From IMG/VR virus record IMGVR_UViG_3300025751_000013, positions 45,901 to 109,900 of that record: a DNA stretch of 64,000 bases; one strand, 5' to 3'. A program made the position numbers and the translations under genes. This DNA is from a virus. Taxonomy: Duplodnaviria; Caudoviricetes. Shown here piece after piece: positions 32,401 to 36,019 of the stretch (position 1 is its first letter; each line of letters starts with the position of its first letter). The notes beneath the pieces were generated by a model, which searched no databases, was not told the DNA's origin, and saw only the letters and a list, made by a program, of their open reading frames with translations.

Positions 32401-33967
32401 CAGATGGAGTGTTGGGTCTGAAGACTTTGCAGCAGCAAACTTTATTGGTGATGTAACTGGTGATGTAACTGGTAATGTTACAGGTAACATAACATCAACT
32501 GGCACTTCAACGTTCACAACAATTGATGTGAATGGTGGTAATATTGACGGAACAATTATTGGCGGTACATCTAGAGCTGAAATAACTGGTACAACAATTA
32601 CCGCAGACACAAGATTCTATGGTCCATTAACTGGTGATGTAACTGGTGATATAGTAGGTGATGTTACTGGTACAGTAAGTAGCATTACAAATCACTCAAC
32701 AACTGACTTATCAGAAGGTTCTAATTTATATTATACCGATGCAAGAGCAAGAGCATCTGTTAGTGTTACTGATACAGGCGGCGACGGCGGTCTTACTTAT
32801 AATAGTACAAGTGGTGTGTTTACTTATACAGGCCCAAGTGCATCAGAAGTAAGAGCACATATTACAGGAAGTACTGGTGTAACATTTTCAGGCGGTGCAA
32901 TAAGTATAGGACAACCAGTTGGTACAACAGATAATGTTACGTTTAACGATGTTGATGTTGATGGTGACTTAACTGTTGCAGGTTCGTTGTCGTTTGGTAC
33001 TGTTGAAATTACAAATAGTTTAACAGTTTCAGGCAATATAACTTCACTAGAATCAGAACAGATAGCGTTCTCTGATAACTTTATACTACTTAATGCAGTT
33101 CCGTCAGGAAGTACGCCACACGCAGGCGAAACAGCAGGTATTGAAATTGATAGAGGAACTAACTCTAACAAATTCTTTAGTTGGGATGAAACTGCTGATA
33201 AATGGTCACTAGGCGGTGAAACGCTTGTGGCTGGTACAGTTGAAGCCGACTTTACAGGTACATTAACTGGTAGAGTTAACCACGCAAGTGGTACATCAAA
33301 CTTCCAAAATATTGATGCTACTGGTACAATTGAAGCAGATGGTGTTATAACTGGTAACGCTGGCTTCTCAGGAGACTTGACTGGTAATGTATCTGGTACA
33401 GTAAATGATATTTCTAATCATTCAACAACAGCATTAAGTGAAGGTACAAATTTATACTTCACAACTGCAAGAGTAAACAATCATCTACTATCAAACATTA
33501 TTAATAACGTTATGCCAGCAGCTGGTACAGGTGGTACTTTAGACTTAGGTACTAACGGTCTAAGATGGAGAGATGGTTACTTTACTAGAGATGTTGTAGC
33601 AGACTCACTTACTGCTGTAACTAAAAACTTCGTAATTGATCACCCAACTAAGGAAGATCATAAATTAAGATATGCATCACTCGAGGGTCCAGAAAATGGT
33701 GTATATGTAAGAGGTAAACTAAAAGGTGAAAATGTAATTGAACTACCTGACTATTGGACAGCACTAGTACATGAAGAGTCAATTACAGTTAACTTAACAG
33801 CAAACCTCGGCTTCCAGCAATTATATGTTGAGAAGATAGAAGATGGCAAAGTGTATATTAATATTGCAGGGGCAGATATTGATGCAATTGATTGTTTCTA
33901 TACAGTTTACGGTGAACGTAAAGATGTAGACAGACTTGAGATTGAATTTAAAAAGGACTCAGAATAA
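5432..33967 (+). CDS. Giant (9,511 aa) repetitive tail-fibre/whisker-like protein
   Basis: Uninterrupted 28.5-kb ORF rich in G/T/N/D/V/I. Contains G(N/D)(V/L)T tetrapeptide runs, IDGGTIDG motifs, about 13 DNxIxLN...GIxxxRG...W modules, N-terminal CBM5/12-like repeats, and a C-terminal FVIDHP...LEGPENGVYVRG domain typical of phage fibres. Confidence 0.8.
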   Translation: MSFISTTRVIENNQEVLFEGPLDKESNVHTVAVLNEGVSPNSTTDPIKVTLSLYDASEPATRPFAILEVAPGTDAQYTKVINIRPGDQLRAETDGGEVTIMIGAFVDEDTLVTSIFNITGQYDHTVTYQPYDVAYYLGSTYVNTTVDQTAVYPTQVNGGWTPLGSGFNAYGEFDPLVLYPPLSVVKWANNVYVTVTGSPVGVYPNDYNSTWISFTSLTSDEIPDTSGVSANVAASITILNNRLNTLTTTEVPEASDADLEAASGFENAYFTRARARESISVTGDLIYDVNTGVLSAQTLTQDDVNIFIDNRVSKSFVDALGVDADTVDGIEGTVLARTDISPTFSQNIIVSGEMRGDLRGNVLADDSSIIINHATKEINGRFEGTLIAANSDVILNTGIDGFDATFTGTTFGEHRGDVLSDDSNVIIDASSGLISGDLEGNVTATFGVSRFNDIITDNIIVQEELQVANILGNITSTGVSTFNNVDINGGYIDNAVINTTNITGTTIVGTYIEAQTGGFRGDILSTGTSRFNDLIVTGDLTFNTLEVQALADFKSLVNIDGGLTVGGTLNVTGGTTFGNINVTGGQISGVTLGSGSYPVDIVADDVTILNSFTATDVTAEFSTLIVTDEMTGDVSGNLRGNVLSQDGTTVIIDAFAGIIRGDLVGDTVGQHTGNVDGNVVGNVTGNVTAAAGLSSFSSMNAQIGDIAALEAGSLTVTGAASFTGDLTFDTLQIASLAVNNTLTVSGISTLGSVDIGGGTMDAVTIGGNVPASVTGTIFTGDKMFADLFTGSLKGVVEGSVEGDLYGNVLGLDSSIVLNTSTARATLDADVTGQIDATANGGGESRFDDITITGVFSLQGGGQLTGDLTGNVVGDVTGDVYASNGDKILETGNGTTIPAKLTGNVEGEVLGTFTGTASGDFTGDVFAYDSTKMLDAFSNILRGDLVGNVSGNVLGDLTGNVNTTGTQSDGFFRNLTVEDTLTFPSLNISTIDSDNIDVDNAILDVVTIGAGITTGTIDNTTIGATTPRGGVFTTLQGAIIEASSEFRGNIVSSGSSRFNELIVTGDFVANLRGDIIAEDSSVIVNNATKTFYGTLQGTTVGTLQGNVIATSGLSEFNSINVAQEISGTLRGDVVAPDSTLLIDISSQNINGNVITATGGFSGEITGTLVGDIKATGGQVVLDSGTDGTDATFAGNVTGNVLNTLGETVLDANAERLTGTLAGNVYAIDGISQILDSGTDGTDAVFTGQVIGDVTGNVTASSGVSNFNNIVIANEAVGNFKGNVLAADSSVLVNYLDSSITAATITATGNFVGDVIGNVDTRTVDVNTRSYFQNITVLGEIDLSGASGNITADIEGTLKGNVVSTTGDPNAADVLLLDAAGRSILNMASISSNEFTGDEFIGDFLGDLYSADGSFRVLDTGATGNQAYYIGDMRGNVQGNLLGDDSSVIVNYVSGDINGRVVSSSQGFQGKIEDPNNNMSSLYDLTIRNNLFVEGTTTTVNTDNLDIKDNTIVLNKGQSDGVTGVVLGTAGIQIDRGNGVDANLLWTEDGGAGYWDFTNTAQVRGAFRGNVTGDVYSPFNSGTPILDTGTATLPATYIGNVVGDIEGNVTVGAGLSSFFSVNVEEEIAGNLRGNVLANDSTKIIDFINSNIYGATISATAGFSGDVFGNIDARGESSASYSYFQNLSVSGDIQFDSLNIATLEVGTDLNVGNNVDVTGQITAGSVDIAGGEIDGTIIGSNVASAASVTTLTVTTGDINVTQGTINITQGNLSADTIFAVTDFRGNLVGNVTGSLSGGTVTGDVYGNLYRPGGTTPVLNTGTGGVEPRLYGNVTGNVTGDVLGDVTGNVQGVLYGSVISEDSTTTIVNASSGLITGDINSSGTSTFNNIVVEGALDFTTFALNEITVNTLLQVDGTANLTVANIFAGNIDNTRIGVTTPSTIKGTVIEATTKFVGDIAGEVDGNVTGDLRGNIIGEDSSVIVDNDLKRFTGNLLGDVYTTDGVTLFNILDSGTDGTDASIIADVKTPLGATIVDTSAATVTATGGFTGQIDASAPGTSQFHTVTVSNNLSVPGTVNVTQTVEASGGIENTSIGAGNTESTGAFTSITTTGAVTVGGDLIVQGNTVTLNTSTLDVEDLNITVAKGAANAAAADGAGLTVDTAGAWIQYKNPSDQWRFNKDIDLTTENVRLLGNITSTGVSNFSGTANFSGTVDMAGATINNSTFQNMDVAATSEFSGNMTLDTAANFTMINAAGTPVTVFSIDGSNGNTTISQGGQFEILDTLSASMFSVDGGTGNTLVTGTLGVDGIVSINNTTGSTTTTTGALIVDGGVGIAENLFIGGNLDVAGNAVISGNLTFGDAATDTVAFGADINSSIIPDINNTYDLGSSAQAWRELYLTQNINFKGATGDNEIIVPTNLFDALSIKDDANTSIIDVETTTGAPVVKINPNTTVAGTLDVTGETTLASAIISDVNPSRVVLSGGSKEISYSDQFTYSAGAGVIDVDITGSLAVDNLTFDGNTISSTDSNGAIILDPQGSGVVTVNANTTISGTFTSTGLASLDNGIDVNGAVFTVSNTGAVNTTSTLDVTGLASLDGGIDVDGAFTVANTTGNITTSGTLDITGTTTLRNTVGIQGITTISNANDASNATSGALIVSGGAGIAKKLFVAGDFEVGTNRFNVAATTGDTTVAGDFTVTSGTAFLDGGINVDSGAFIVANTTGDITTLGDISIADSKKLLIGTGNDLEIFHDGSNSFIKDVGAGNLTIATDVLTLTKGDGTKTTAVLDADGATELYYNNTKRFETTLVGADVTGTFNTSGLATLDSAVISDLPANRIVYTSGANGRLISTADFVIDGTSLNVGSNNFVVTAATGNTAIVGTLDVTGETTVGNLVADDIKLGDGEKIQFGNAQDLEIYHDGSNSYIHESGTGGLILRSANSILFQDATSTKTAMSLTANGSQILYHNDVQRFQTTVSGADITGDVDISGTLDVDGNFQVGTSRFNVEATTGNTQIDGTLTADGLTTLNGGITADGGVFTVADGTGNIATSGTLNVTGDTTLSTLTATSDVTVQGDLTVEGNLTTVNATEINVSDKNITLGGTTTTLSALNNSGITIGGTLGAGSNPALTYTYTGVSPNQVERFNLNRELIVDKVHGDIKGNVYASDDTSIILNAGTNGNDAIFKGDVYSTTDTLIIDSGASIDDATFYGNIDLRTETNYGNTPSTGTTSYFNNLDVAGTLSMANASIGTLSGNLVGDIYASNGTSLILDNGTNGTDASFQGNIKNDNGTVIIQNGSTGVAATFTGKLVGDVDSSGISYFNNMYANVINAFLDGDISGSVLGEDSVMMLDAGARTLSVTDVQTSTITASSYLSGDVRGDIYNNNGTQKILETGGTATDAAIFTGRVDASNAINTTSNFNNVDATGIFTGVLGAVGNTANAFVNDLTVDSVATFTGVVNALTSAVNINSVNIDGGTIDGTVIGAATPAAITGTTVTANTGFVGNITGNITGDLDARGLGGTTFIDDLVMGPGTNAAIDTATITTLNASTLVLTNLALSGDLDVLTGTGTFQNLEVTAGGNIVGLATLGTSASPVASSVITTIDVSAGDIVGLSTLGTSASPVIAADIDTAVIDDVTSVTVRADNFTITNTGDSAHKFTGPLEGNITSAGTSTFTGTVSLSGATVVLADNQLSGDKIDGGVIGNADLLGNGTSNTISGYDITVTGALDLTGATVTYDNDSISGDKVSGGTIDAANITGGAGKTLDGYDITVGAGRTLTVNGSTSVATLAASALVELDGGFNVNDDFVVDVDGNTRLNAAANFEIWNAAGTPVKVFDIVGSTGATTIANTLDVVGPVSITTGTGSTSTSTGSLTVTGGVGISENAFVGGDLDVAANAQLSGTLDVDGVTNINNTLTVDSLASLDGGIAVSDGAAGDAFTVAVTTGNVVTTGTLDVTGLSSLDGGIDVNGSNYTVSAAGAVTQASTLDVSGDVTLLQSANFEIFDAGVGSNSTFAVNGADGNTQIAGTLGVDGLASLNASLTVTGLTTTDTAVVNNTLNVTGATTLDGTFAVQNAGADVFTVADATGNTVISGTLQAGNTTVADVTATGTGTITGNFDVNTTAFTVAAATGNTDILGDLAVNTTALTVAAATGNTTVGGTLDVAGDTNFNSTTGSTLSTNGAVVIDGGLGVAENINFGGVLKTTTATASTDTVTGSIVTAGGVGIAGALNVGGVTHISQTVDATSASDGALFVDGGVGIAKKLFVGTDLDVTGSVQIDTDLNVTGNTVITGNLTVNGASTTINAATLDVEDKDIRVASNVDTLLGANNAGLIIGSTNVGDVANGGNAGETNVTFTYNATDDSLDSNVDIQAPTFIGNLTGDVTGSATIGVGKTLDVDGAFNVNASSGNLDNVVIGGVTRADASVHTLTTRNINVDSGYDVTLTSGDVTITAGDFVATTGNISATSGTISGDIFVAGTEFRGDLTTVDGGTGVNLFESTGVAVSTGNITTTTGDFTSTSGDFTTGTGNISTSSGDITTTTGDINGQIITANTKVIGQIGTDASTASDMNDAFVSTLYSNTTITSSGNTDVGGNLTVTGTSNFDDAVTISNNLTITGPGGVDAQGDPNLSTATFQNIVVTGSFTVDTLTIDDFTVGDELAVLGDTTLSGNLTVNSGVTTLSSVDIAGGAMDGVTIGGDGVTPAANITGAALTGTSLTTTTGNVTLNSGNIVVTQGNITTTAGEIRSPVGGFVGQIDATATGTSSFDNVLVNDDLTVNGKVFSVASAASGFVGDLYSNNSGGTPIKILQAGTTLGTAMYTGNVTGIVGDSANRNTGHFSTLDATQSNLATVDIDGGTIDGVTFTAGTLVDTPIGQTGTPQNATVSNLVSNTIRVNSSTANTIDGVTIGDTQRRPGNFTTLDANTSITVGSVVGSINSTPIGDSIASTITGTTITASTRFEGVLQGDIQSTSGGVGLPAGTLLIDSSTRNISNIVDFTSETVEATTITATQTTNGFQGDLTGDVIGQIGTSTLADRNNAFFTNVDILGDVDIDGDITLAATHSITGIIDGLAGSDITGAFTLETGQTADLSGGTLTLANDQISGDAIEGGTIGNITISNLTSPNITITGGTLQGVDATSFDIDGGTIINTSIGQSGSAQNIKGATIESTTGFVGQINSTGGGGGTSNFDIITVAGTSTFTGNATFGNLSGALTGSFTGGATITSGTFSNIQIASSTQINSSAFIGPLSGDVTGGGTGTVSTFNRINVQGGPAETSQISNLTVGTFATNAATITGGNITNTTIGGATGTGSFPGYFSLIEATGAITAGTQFIGDMNNPNTVNQDDSSADFTQGYFTDLRVKNFETDTIIINSDQEFSNVLITGDLTVNEDVLIKGDLETEQNFITINKNETGNAGISGAGNAGIIFERGNGVGIQDASLIFSESGGNPEYEFSQFKVVASEFEAPLFSGNITAALGTSTFNNITVNNSANLGNSVTIAGGNIDNTVIGNGTQASIDGTTIKAHVEFQGDLDTTNGVNGNIDTITLDATGLITARAGVDVTGGTIDGEGRFTTGTTIDAGTHIRNTPIGVDVAGISGRAVGYFNALEATTIISTLGITGNITGDVTGSIDDRNTIGEVPLNPPSLTENLNMNLSQFDRVSVLGHLTMGTDTYIKAVNLDVSGIFNVNDLDIGATLDVAGNFTVGSGTPKKLDVNAATGAMTHNGAFTTSGTATFDGDINANANVTIGSDATDELIINAVIDSDILTKTDGAYDIGTVSTRWGHVYADNATFTDDVAIGGNLTVTGSVTQTNVDQINIADNIIVLNGQESSNVISASTAGIEISRGTGSNASFLYDEGLSSWTLTGATSKLTVDEVRADIEATDGTTIVDISSKTIDMVGVDTDTLTVNLGATIGTTLAVSGLSTLAQAKVQDLAQDHIPLAGLDGRLNTNANFRFDGVDFDIGAAGSETFKVAVASGNTDIQGTLFVDKQTTIKGNNLGASSTTTGAVVVQGGIGISENIHAGGTLTLTGLASLATGINVNNDFVVDADGNTDLSSGATLTVDGEVNFNGGLVMDTDRFTVANGSGNVATAGTLDVSGNTTLTSVTTSGMASLNAGIEVDTTKFTVDGGTGAVVTQSTLTVDGITTLNSDLSVTGSNDIRIIDALTANVFEVNGTTGATLITGNLTMDGSVGAGNLDIGGNFTVANATGNTDITGTLDVTGDTTVDVFSAGTSTLGTTSITGTSLTVGSDFTVTGTNGVTEIGGMLSADGGIEVRNTANTAEAFSVALGTGNTNIVGTLDVTGTTTVHDLSITGTLGVTEGLTVTDDFSVNGNFVVTAATGNTDITGTLDVTGDTTVDVFSAGTSTLGTTSITGTTLSVGSDFTVTGASGVTEIGGMLSADGGIQVRNTANTAEAFSVALGTGNTNIVGTLDVTGTTTVHDLNITGALGVTEGLTVTDDFSVNGNFVVTAATGNTQIDGTLTADGNFNINNQFTVTASTGATNIASGPLTVGGLTTLNGGITADGGVFTVADGTGSIATSGTLSVTGATTLSSTLSADGGIEVRNTGNTAEAFSVQAGTGNIDTEGTLDVGGDVTIGTNVVTIDAGNGNTIIAGTLNVNTSATVASLRVSDLTTVNAVLLGQSSGEVADSSNLTFSGSLLDVTGSIDVSGNVDIAGNVFADNAYIETLNVNEIPVTGSAGLITGSSAFTFNPTGGILSVTGSITTNGTVTGSTFLGNITAPGTSTFSGQTNLNGPVTLSNNLTIGASVGSINATSGAIATNSTITAGGLASLNGGINVDSGAFTVSGDGFGSVFIDGQTNIDNNLLITSSGDITLSDGVSTVITLDGATGGISADGNLDIAGDANLYGSITRIGNAVSDELEINSVLTKGFYLKAGTLNADIGSTTTRFADAFLENLNVSENVTIAGDLTVEGEFTTVNAQTVAIADNIITLNSGQAAADAGIEIDLSGTTKELKWANTAGEWTVGSETFVAGAFRGDLHASDSAVLINQTTKAVDVASVTTSGNTTVGGILAVNGTNLNVGSGNFVVTGANGNTDIAGILNVGSSNFTVQPGSGNTLVAGTLGITGLTTIDTSTITGVMNVTSSIDSTGTTNGAIKILGGIGLSGNIHMGGNLHVGGTINATSGTITGTTLGTTSSRVTIEADNIGVSGLITGDISGSVTSGNVAITGGTINTTPIGGASAATADVIRGTVITAETNFVGNITGNVTSTGTSTFDGIDVSGGEIDGTVIGGNDPANITGLVIEADTEFRGNIVAASGTSSFTNLTVNGNITNTGSTSTATFRDLSVVGNFVPNALNVTTDADIGGNLTVGGTAQFDTTLLQVNQAATGVPANSLTAGIEVSRGSSPSKRLNWDEGGSTWTVSTEKFTAGTFEATSTITAPTVTADVTGNVTGNITSSGSSSFTTVDINGGTIDGTVIGSNSPAAITGTTITSNSGFSGNLTGNVTGNVTSTGTSTFTTVDINGGAIDGTTVGATTAATVRGTTITATTGFVGDITGDLTGLADRADKLETTRTIALAGDVAGSIGFDGTSNVTINTTIQPNSVDIVADTTGDYARTVTVSGNGLSITGTQGHDIAYQVISNAVSTNTASTIVFRDTFGAFSAGDITGSLITANTRLDGITRGNVQSTADGAFAAGVTLVNAADRTLDNIKDITSEDGTFDTIDINGGNIDGTVIGGATPAAGTFLALEGTTIEATTGFTGDLTGDVLASDASVILNHTAKSVNATNLDGILGANTAAAATVTTLAASGAVTLTAGTASNSTTTGTLVITGGAGVSGTVSAGQFVGPVQGALVGTVGAGGIANRNSGEFTTVNTDSNVVVGGSLTVNSATSTFSTVDINGGAIDGTRIGGATPDNADFLDVEGTTITASTGFVGNITAPSGGTVGTSTLHDLDLQGDLTVASGSIIFGANTVIDNSRNATFNDLTVQGTFLPNTLNVTSTAVIGTDLTVNGDLTVNGTTTTLDTDNITLADNTIVLNTGYSGLSSGAFTSGIEIDQNGTSTSLLWNNGTNTWTVGNKNFTATSFIATTDFQGALVGNVTGKIGETSRDTGKFTTLDTTGTVTVGTSLTVNGGVATLGNVDINGGNIDGTVIGNNVPSTVTGTTITASQFVGPVDGHVTGDVTVEAGDTLNVDGIVDIDASSGNMDNVVIGATTPVSGTFTTITGNTSITSGTTGTGPITGGVITAATNFAGALTGDVTSSGTSTFEIVEIDTSADIQTLDVQAGTSLLGTLDVTGAATFVSQVNVEDDVITLNSDYTSGAPLTSGQQGIQVLRGDENTVRFVWVESQDRWETQNTDLRVGEDLSVNGTIISTGGIQSTPIGNVTPNTGKFTTLETTGNVTITGDIDHTGDFATTSAAIKIDNAESSMSNLLGSGIYVGADSLSGRPHIIVGSNSKWEFNRDFVATAGSQFIGDITGDVTGNITSSGTSTFSGTVDLNGATVNNAAFNLVGDLTGTADDADALSSAVTVTLAGDVAGTATFTNAGDTAAITTVIQNGSVENVMLAGSITNDKLVNDSVIIGATEVDLGTTVTAFTGLTSLTSTVLLGELGAPATRNDIYASAISATGIVTAPTFAGNLSATGTSTLGAAVFSGNAVFNAGLSVASGQTATINGDLDVNGTTTFADITVPGTFTAESTANFNTDFIKLNALGTVQNAGITIERGATDVSFFWDESNDKWSIASETLVAGMVESDVTGHHYGDVTIAGGETIDVSAGTITFANDQISGNAINGGTIDSITITTLASSTVNIDGGSIDGVSIGNASRGTGKFSTLDATGAITTDTNVTATGSINGATVVATTSMTAPLFTGDLTGDADGDHTGTFTGTMSGAIGGASDRSTAHFSTVDASNATLSSADINGGTIDGVVIGGASPNLITGTTISGTTINASTFNGNITGDVTGDVTGNVTIPVGDTLTVNGTFAIDNMTVNQNLTVTGDMTVNGTTTSLNTEEIKLADNYILLNSGTSTAQNAGLEVDLSGGTTKSLEWTTSSGGRWSVGSEDFAAANFIGDVTGDVTGNVTGNITSTGTSTFTTIDVNGGNIDGTIIGGTSRAEITGTTITADTRFYGPLTGDVTGDIVGDVTGTVSSITNHSTTDLSEGSNLYYTDARARASVSVTDTGGDGGLTYNSTSGVFTYTGPSASEVRAHITGSTGVTFSGGAISIGQPVGTTDNVTFNDVDVDGDLTVAGSLSFGTVEITNSLTVSGNITSLESEQIAFSDNFILLNAVPSGSTPHAGETAGIEIDRGTNSNKFFSWDETADKWSLGGETLVAGTVEADFTGTLTGRVNHASGTSNFQNIDATGTIEADGVITGNAGFSGDLTGNVSGTVNDISNHSTTALSEGTNLYFTTARVNNHLLSNIINNVMPAAGTGGTLDLGTNGLRWRDGYFTRDVVADSLTAVTKNFVIDHPTKEDHKLRYASLEGPENGVYVRGKLKGENVIELPDYWTALVHEESITVNLTANLGFQQLYVEKIEDGKVYINIAGADIDAIDCFYTVYGERKDVDRLEIEFKKDSE
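14441..14563 (+). repeat. Dispersed near-identical DNA repeat; second copy at 24794-25000 carries an 84-bp insertion
   Basis: 32 identical bp at 14441-14472 and 24794-24825; 35 identical bp at 14474-14508 and 24911-24945; high similarity continues downstream. Confidence 0.85.
23990..24796 (+). repeat. Tandem 396-bp (132-aa) near-identical duplication inside the giant ORF
   Basis: GCAACAGGTAATACA starts at 23990, 24386 and 24782; the two full units differ mostly at synonymous sites. Confidence 0.92.
32108..32146 (+). repeat. 12-bp tandem repeat encoding TGDV/TGNV (one example of many)
   Basis: ACAGGCGATGTA x2 followed by ACAGGTAATGTA. Confidence 0.8.
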
Positions 33968-36019
33968 ATGGCTAATACAGATAAAAACATTACCATACGC
34001 CCACGCACAGGTGATAATTCATTAAATCCTGTTATAGAATTCGACGGCGCAAGCGGCAGCACCGGTGCTCAACAAATTACTTTAACTGTTTTACCAGATG
34101 ACGATGGTACTCTAATTTTAGCAGGAGCCGGCGGCGATATTTTTGAAATTACAGATAATGGTATATACAGCGCAGAAGTAACTGGAGATCTTAGAGTAAG
34201 TGGAACAATAGTTGCAAGCACTGGATTAACTATAGGGTCAGATACTATAGCAGAATATGTATCGGATACTGTAGGTGCAATGATTACTGGCGGCAGTCAA
34301 GCAGGCATTACTGTAGATTATTTAGATGTTGATAACACAATTGATTTTAATGTAGATGATTTTACTATAACACTAACTGGTGATGTAGCAGGATCAGGCA
34401 CCGTTACTAATTTAGGAGATGTAAGTTTTGCTGCTACTATACAAGCAAATAGTGTTGCACTAGGTACAGACACTACTGGTAACTACATGTCAGGTATATC
34501 AGGAACTACTAATGAAGTAGAAGTTACACATACACCAGGCGAGGGATCATCGGCTACAGTTGGATTACCTGATAGTGTCTCAATCACAAGTAATCTTACA
34601 CTAGGAGGATATCTTGCAGGTCCTACAAGTTTTACAATAGACCCGGCAACAGTAGGTAATGATACTGGTACAGTTATTATTGCCGGTAACTTAACAGTCA
34701 ACGGTACAACAACACAAGTTAATTCAACAACTGTTAATATTGCAGACAATAATATACTTCTTAATTCTAATCACACAGGTGCACCTACTGCAAATGCAGG
34801 AATAACAGTCGAAAGAGGATCGTCAACAGATGCACTATTGCAATGGAACGAATCAAGCGATCATTGGGAATTATCTGGACCAGGAACTACTACAGGAAGA
34901 ATACTTACAACAGGTGACGAGGGAGCAGGCAATGGTATCGATGCCGATACACTAGATGGTCAACAAGGTACTTATTACTTAGACCATGATAATTTTACTA
35001 ACGTACCAGATCCTGAGGTAACCGTAACACTTACAGGAGCGGTAACAGGCACTGCAACTGCTACATTAACAAATTTAGGCAATGCGACAGCATCGGTTGC
35101 TACAACTGCTACTAGTGATCCGACACTAACCCTTACCGGTGACGTATCTGGTTCAGCTACTTTTACTAACTTAGGCAATGCTACACTTACCGCTACTGTA
35201 GCAAATGATAGTCACACTCATGCCTTTGATAACCTTACAAGTAAAACAAGCGGCACTGGAGATTATGCTACAACAGGCGATTTACAGTCTGGTAAAGGCA
35301 GCGGCGGCGTAGCAATGACTATCAACGACGGTTATGGTAATGCTAACTTAACATTTAATCATAGAAACGGAACACCAGAGCAAGCTGGTAATGCTGCTAG
35401 AATAGAAGTTAATACTGATTCTACTTCGGGTGCTAGTATGAACTTTGAAGTTAAGTCAAACGTCTCAGCTAATAGTGCTATTCAAACAAGTTCTATTCTT
35501 AATTTAGCAGAAACAAATTCAACTTTTTATACTAATGTGTTGCCTTCTGCAAATAACACTAAAAATTTAGGAGCATCTGGAACAGTATGGAATACAGTTT
35601 ATGCTACGTTGTTTAATGGTACAGCACTTGAGGCATACTATGCTGACCTTGCTGAAAATTATATAGGTGATAAAAAATACGAACCGGGTACAGTAGTTGT
35701 GTTCGGCGGATCAGAAGAGGTTACTACAACAGATCAAAAAGGTAACTTTAGAATTGCCGGAGTTGTGTCAACTGATGCTGCTTACTTAATGAACAGTGGA
35801 CTAGAAGGTGACACAGTAATGCCGATTGCACTTCAAGGTCGAGTACCATGTAAAGTTATAGGAAAAGTTGAAAAAGGCGACATGCTAGTTACTAGTGCAA
35901 TTTCAGGATATGCAATGGTCGACAATAGACCAAGTATCGGTACTGTAATAGGTAAGGCAGTTGGTACTAAGGATACTAGTGATAAAGGCATAGTTGAAGT
36001 TGTAGTAGGTAGAGTTTAA
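33968..36019 (+). CDS. Tail fibre protein with C-terminal peptidase-G2-type intramolecular chaperone domain
   Basis: LTGDVxGS repeats, DADTLDG, and C-terminal ADLAENY...GVVST...AYLMN...ALQGRVPCKV...KGDMLVTS...VIGKA. Confidence 0.75.
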   Translation: MANTDKNITIRPRTGDNSLNPVIEFDGASGSTGAQQITLTVLPDDDGTLILAGAGGDIFEITDNGIYSAEVTGDLRVSGTIVASTGLTIGSDTIAEYVSDTVGAMITGGSQAGITVDYLDVDNTIDFNVDDFTITLTGDVAGSGTVTNLGDVSFAATIQANSVALGTDTTGNYMSGISGTTNEVEVTHTPGEGSSATVGLPDSVSITSNLTLGGYLAGPTSFTIDPATVGNDTGTVIIAGNLTVNGTTTQVNSTTVNIADNNILLNSNHTGAPTANAGITVERGSSTDALLQWNESSDHWELSGPGTTTGRILTTGDEGAGNGIDADTLDGQQGTYYLDHDNFTNVPDPEVTVTLTGAVTGTATATLTNLGNATASVATTATSDPTLTLTGDVSGSATFTNLGNATLTATVANDSHTHAFDNLTSKTSGTGDYATTGDLQSGKGSGGVAMTINDGYGNANLTFNHRNGTPEQAGNAARIEVNTDSTSGASMNFEVKSNVSANSAIQTSSILNLAETNSTFYTNVLPSANNTKNLGASGTVWNTVYATLFNGTALEAYYADLAENYIGDKKYEPGTVVVFGGSEEVTTTDQKGNFRIAGVVSTDAAYLMNSGLEGDTVMPIALQGRVPCKVIGKVEKGDMLVTSAISGYAMVDNRPSIGTVIGKAVGTKDTSDKGIVEVVVGRV

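Noticed and set aside
5432-33967. Giant ORF as a tape-measure protein or a bacterial RTX/adhesin
   Set aside because: Composition is beta-repeat rather than helical; I saw no RTX nonapeptide array, signal peptide or autotransporter barrel; the context is entirely phage.
33960-33975. Stop read-through fusing the giant ORF to the in-frame 683-aa gene (TAA ATG)
   Set aside because: TAA is a strong stop, an AAGGA SD precedes the second ATG, and both proteins have their own terminal domains.
6547-35178. Dozens of minus-strand ORFs (up to 660 aa) opposite the fibre genes
   Set aside because: Shadow ORFs from the biased codon usage of the Gly/Thr/Val-rich sense gene; Pro/Val/Ser-rich with no recognisable motifs.
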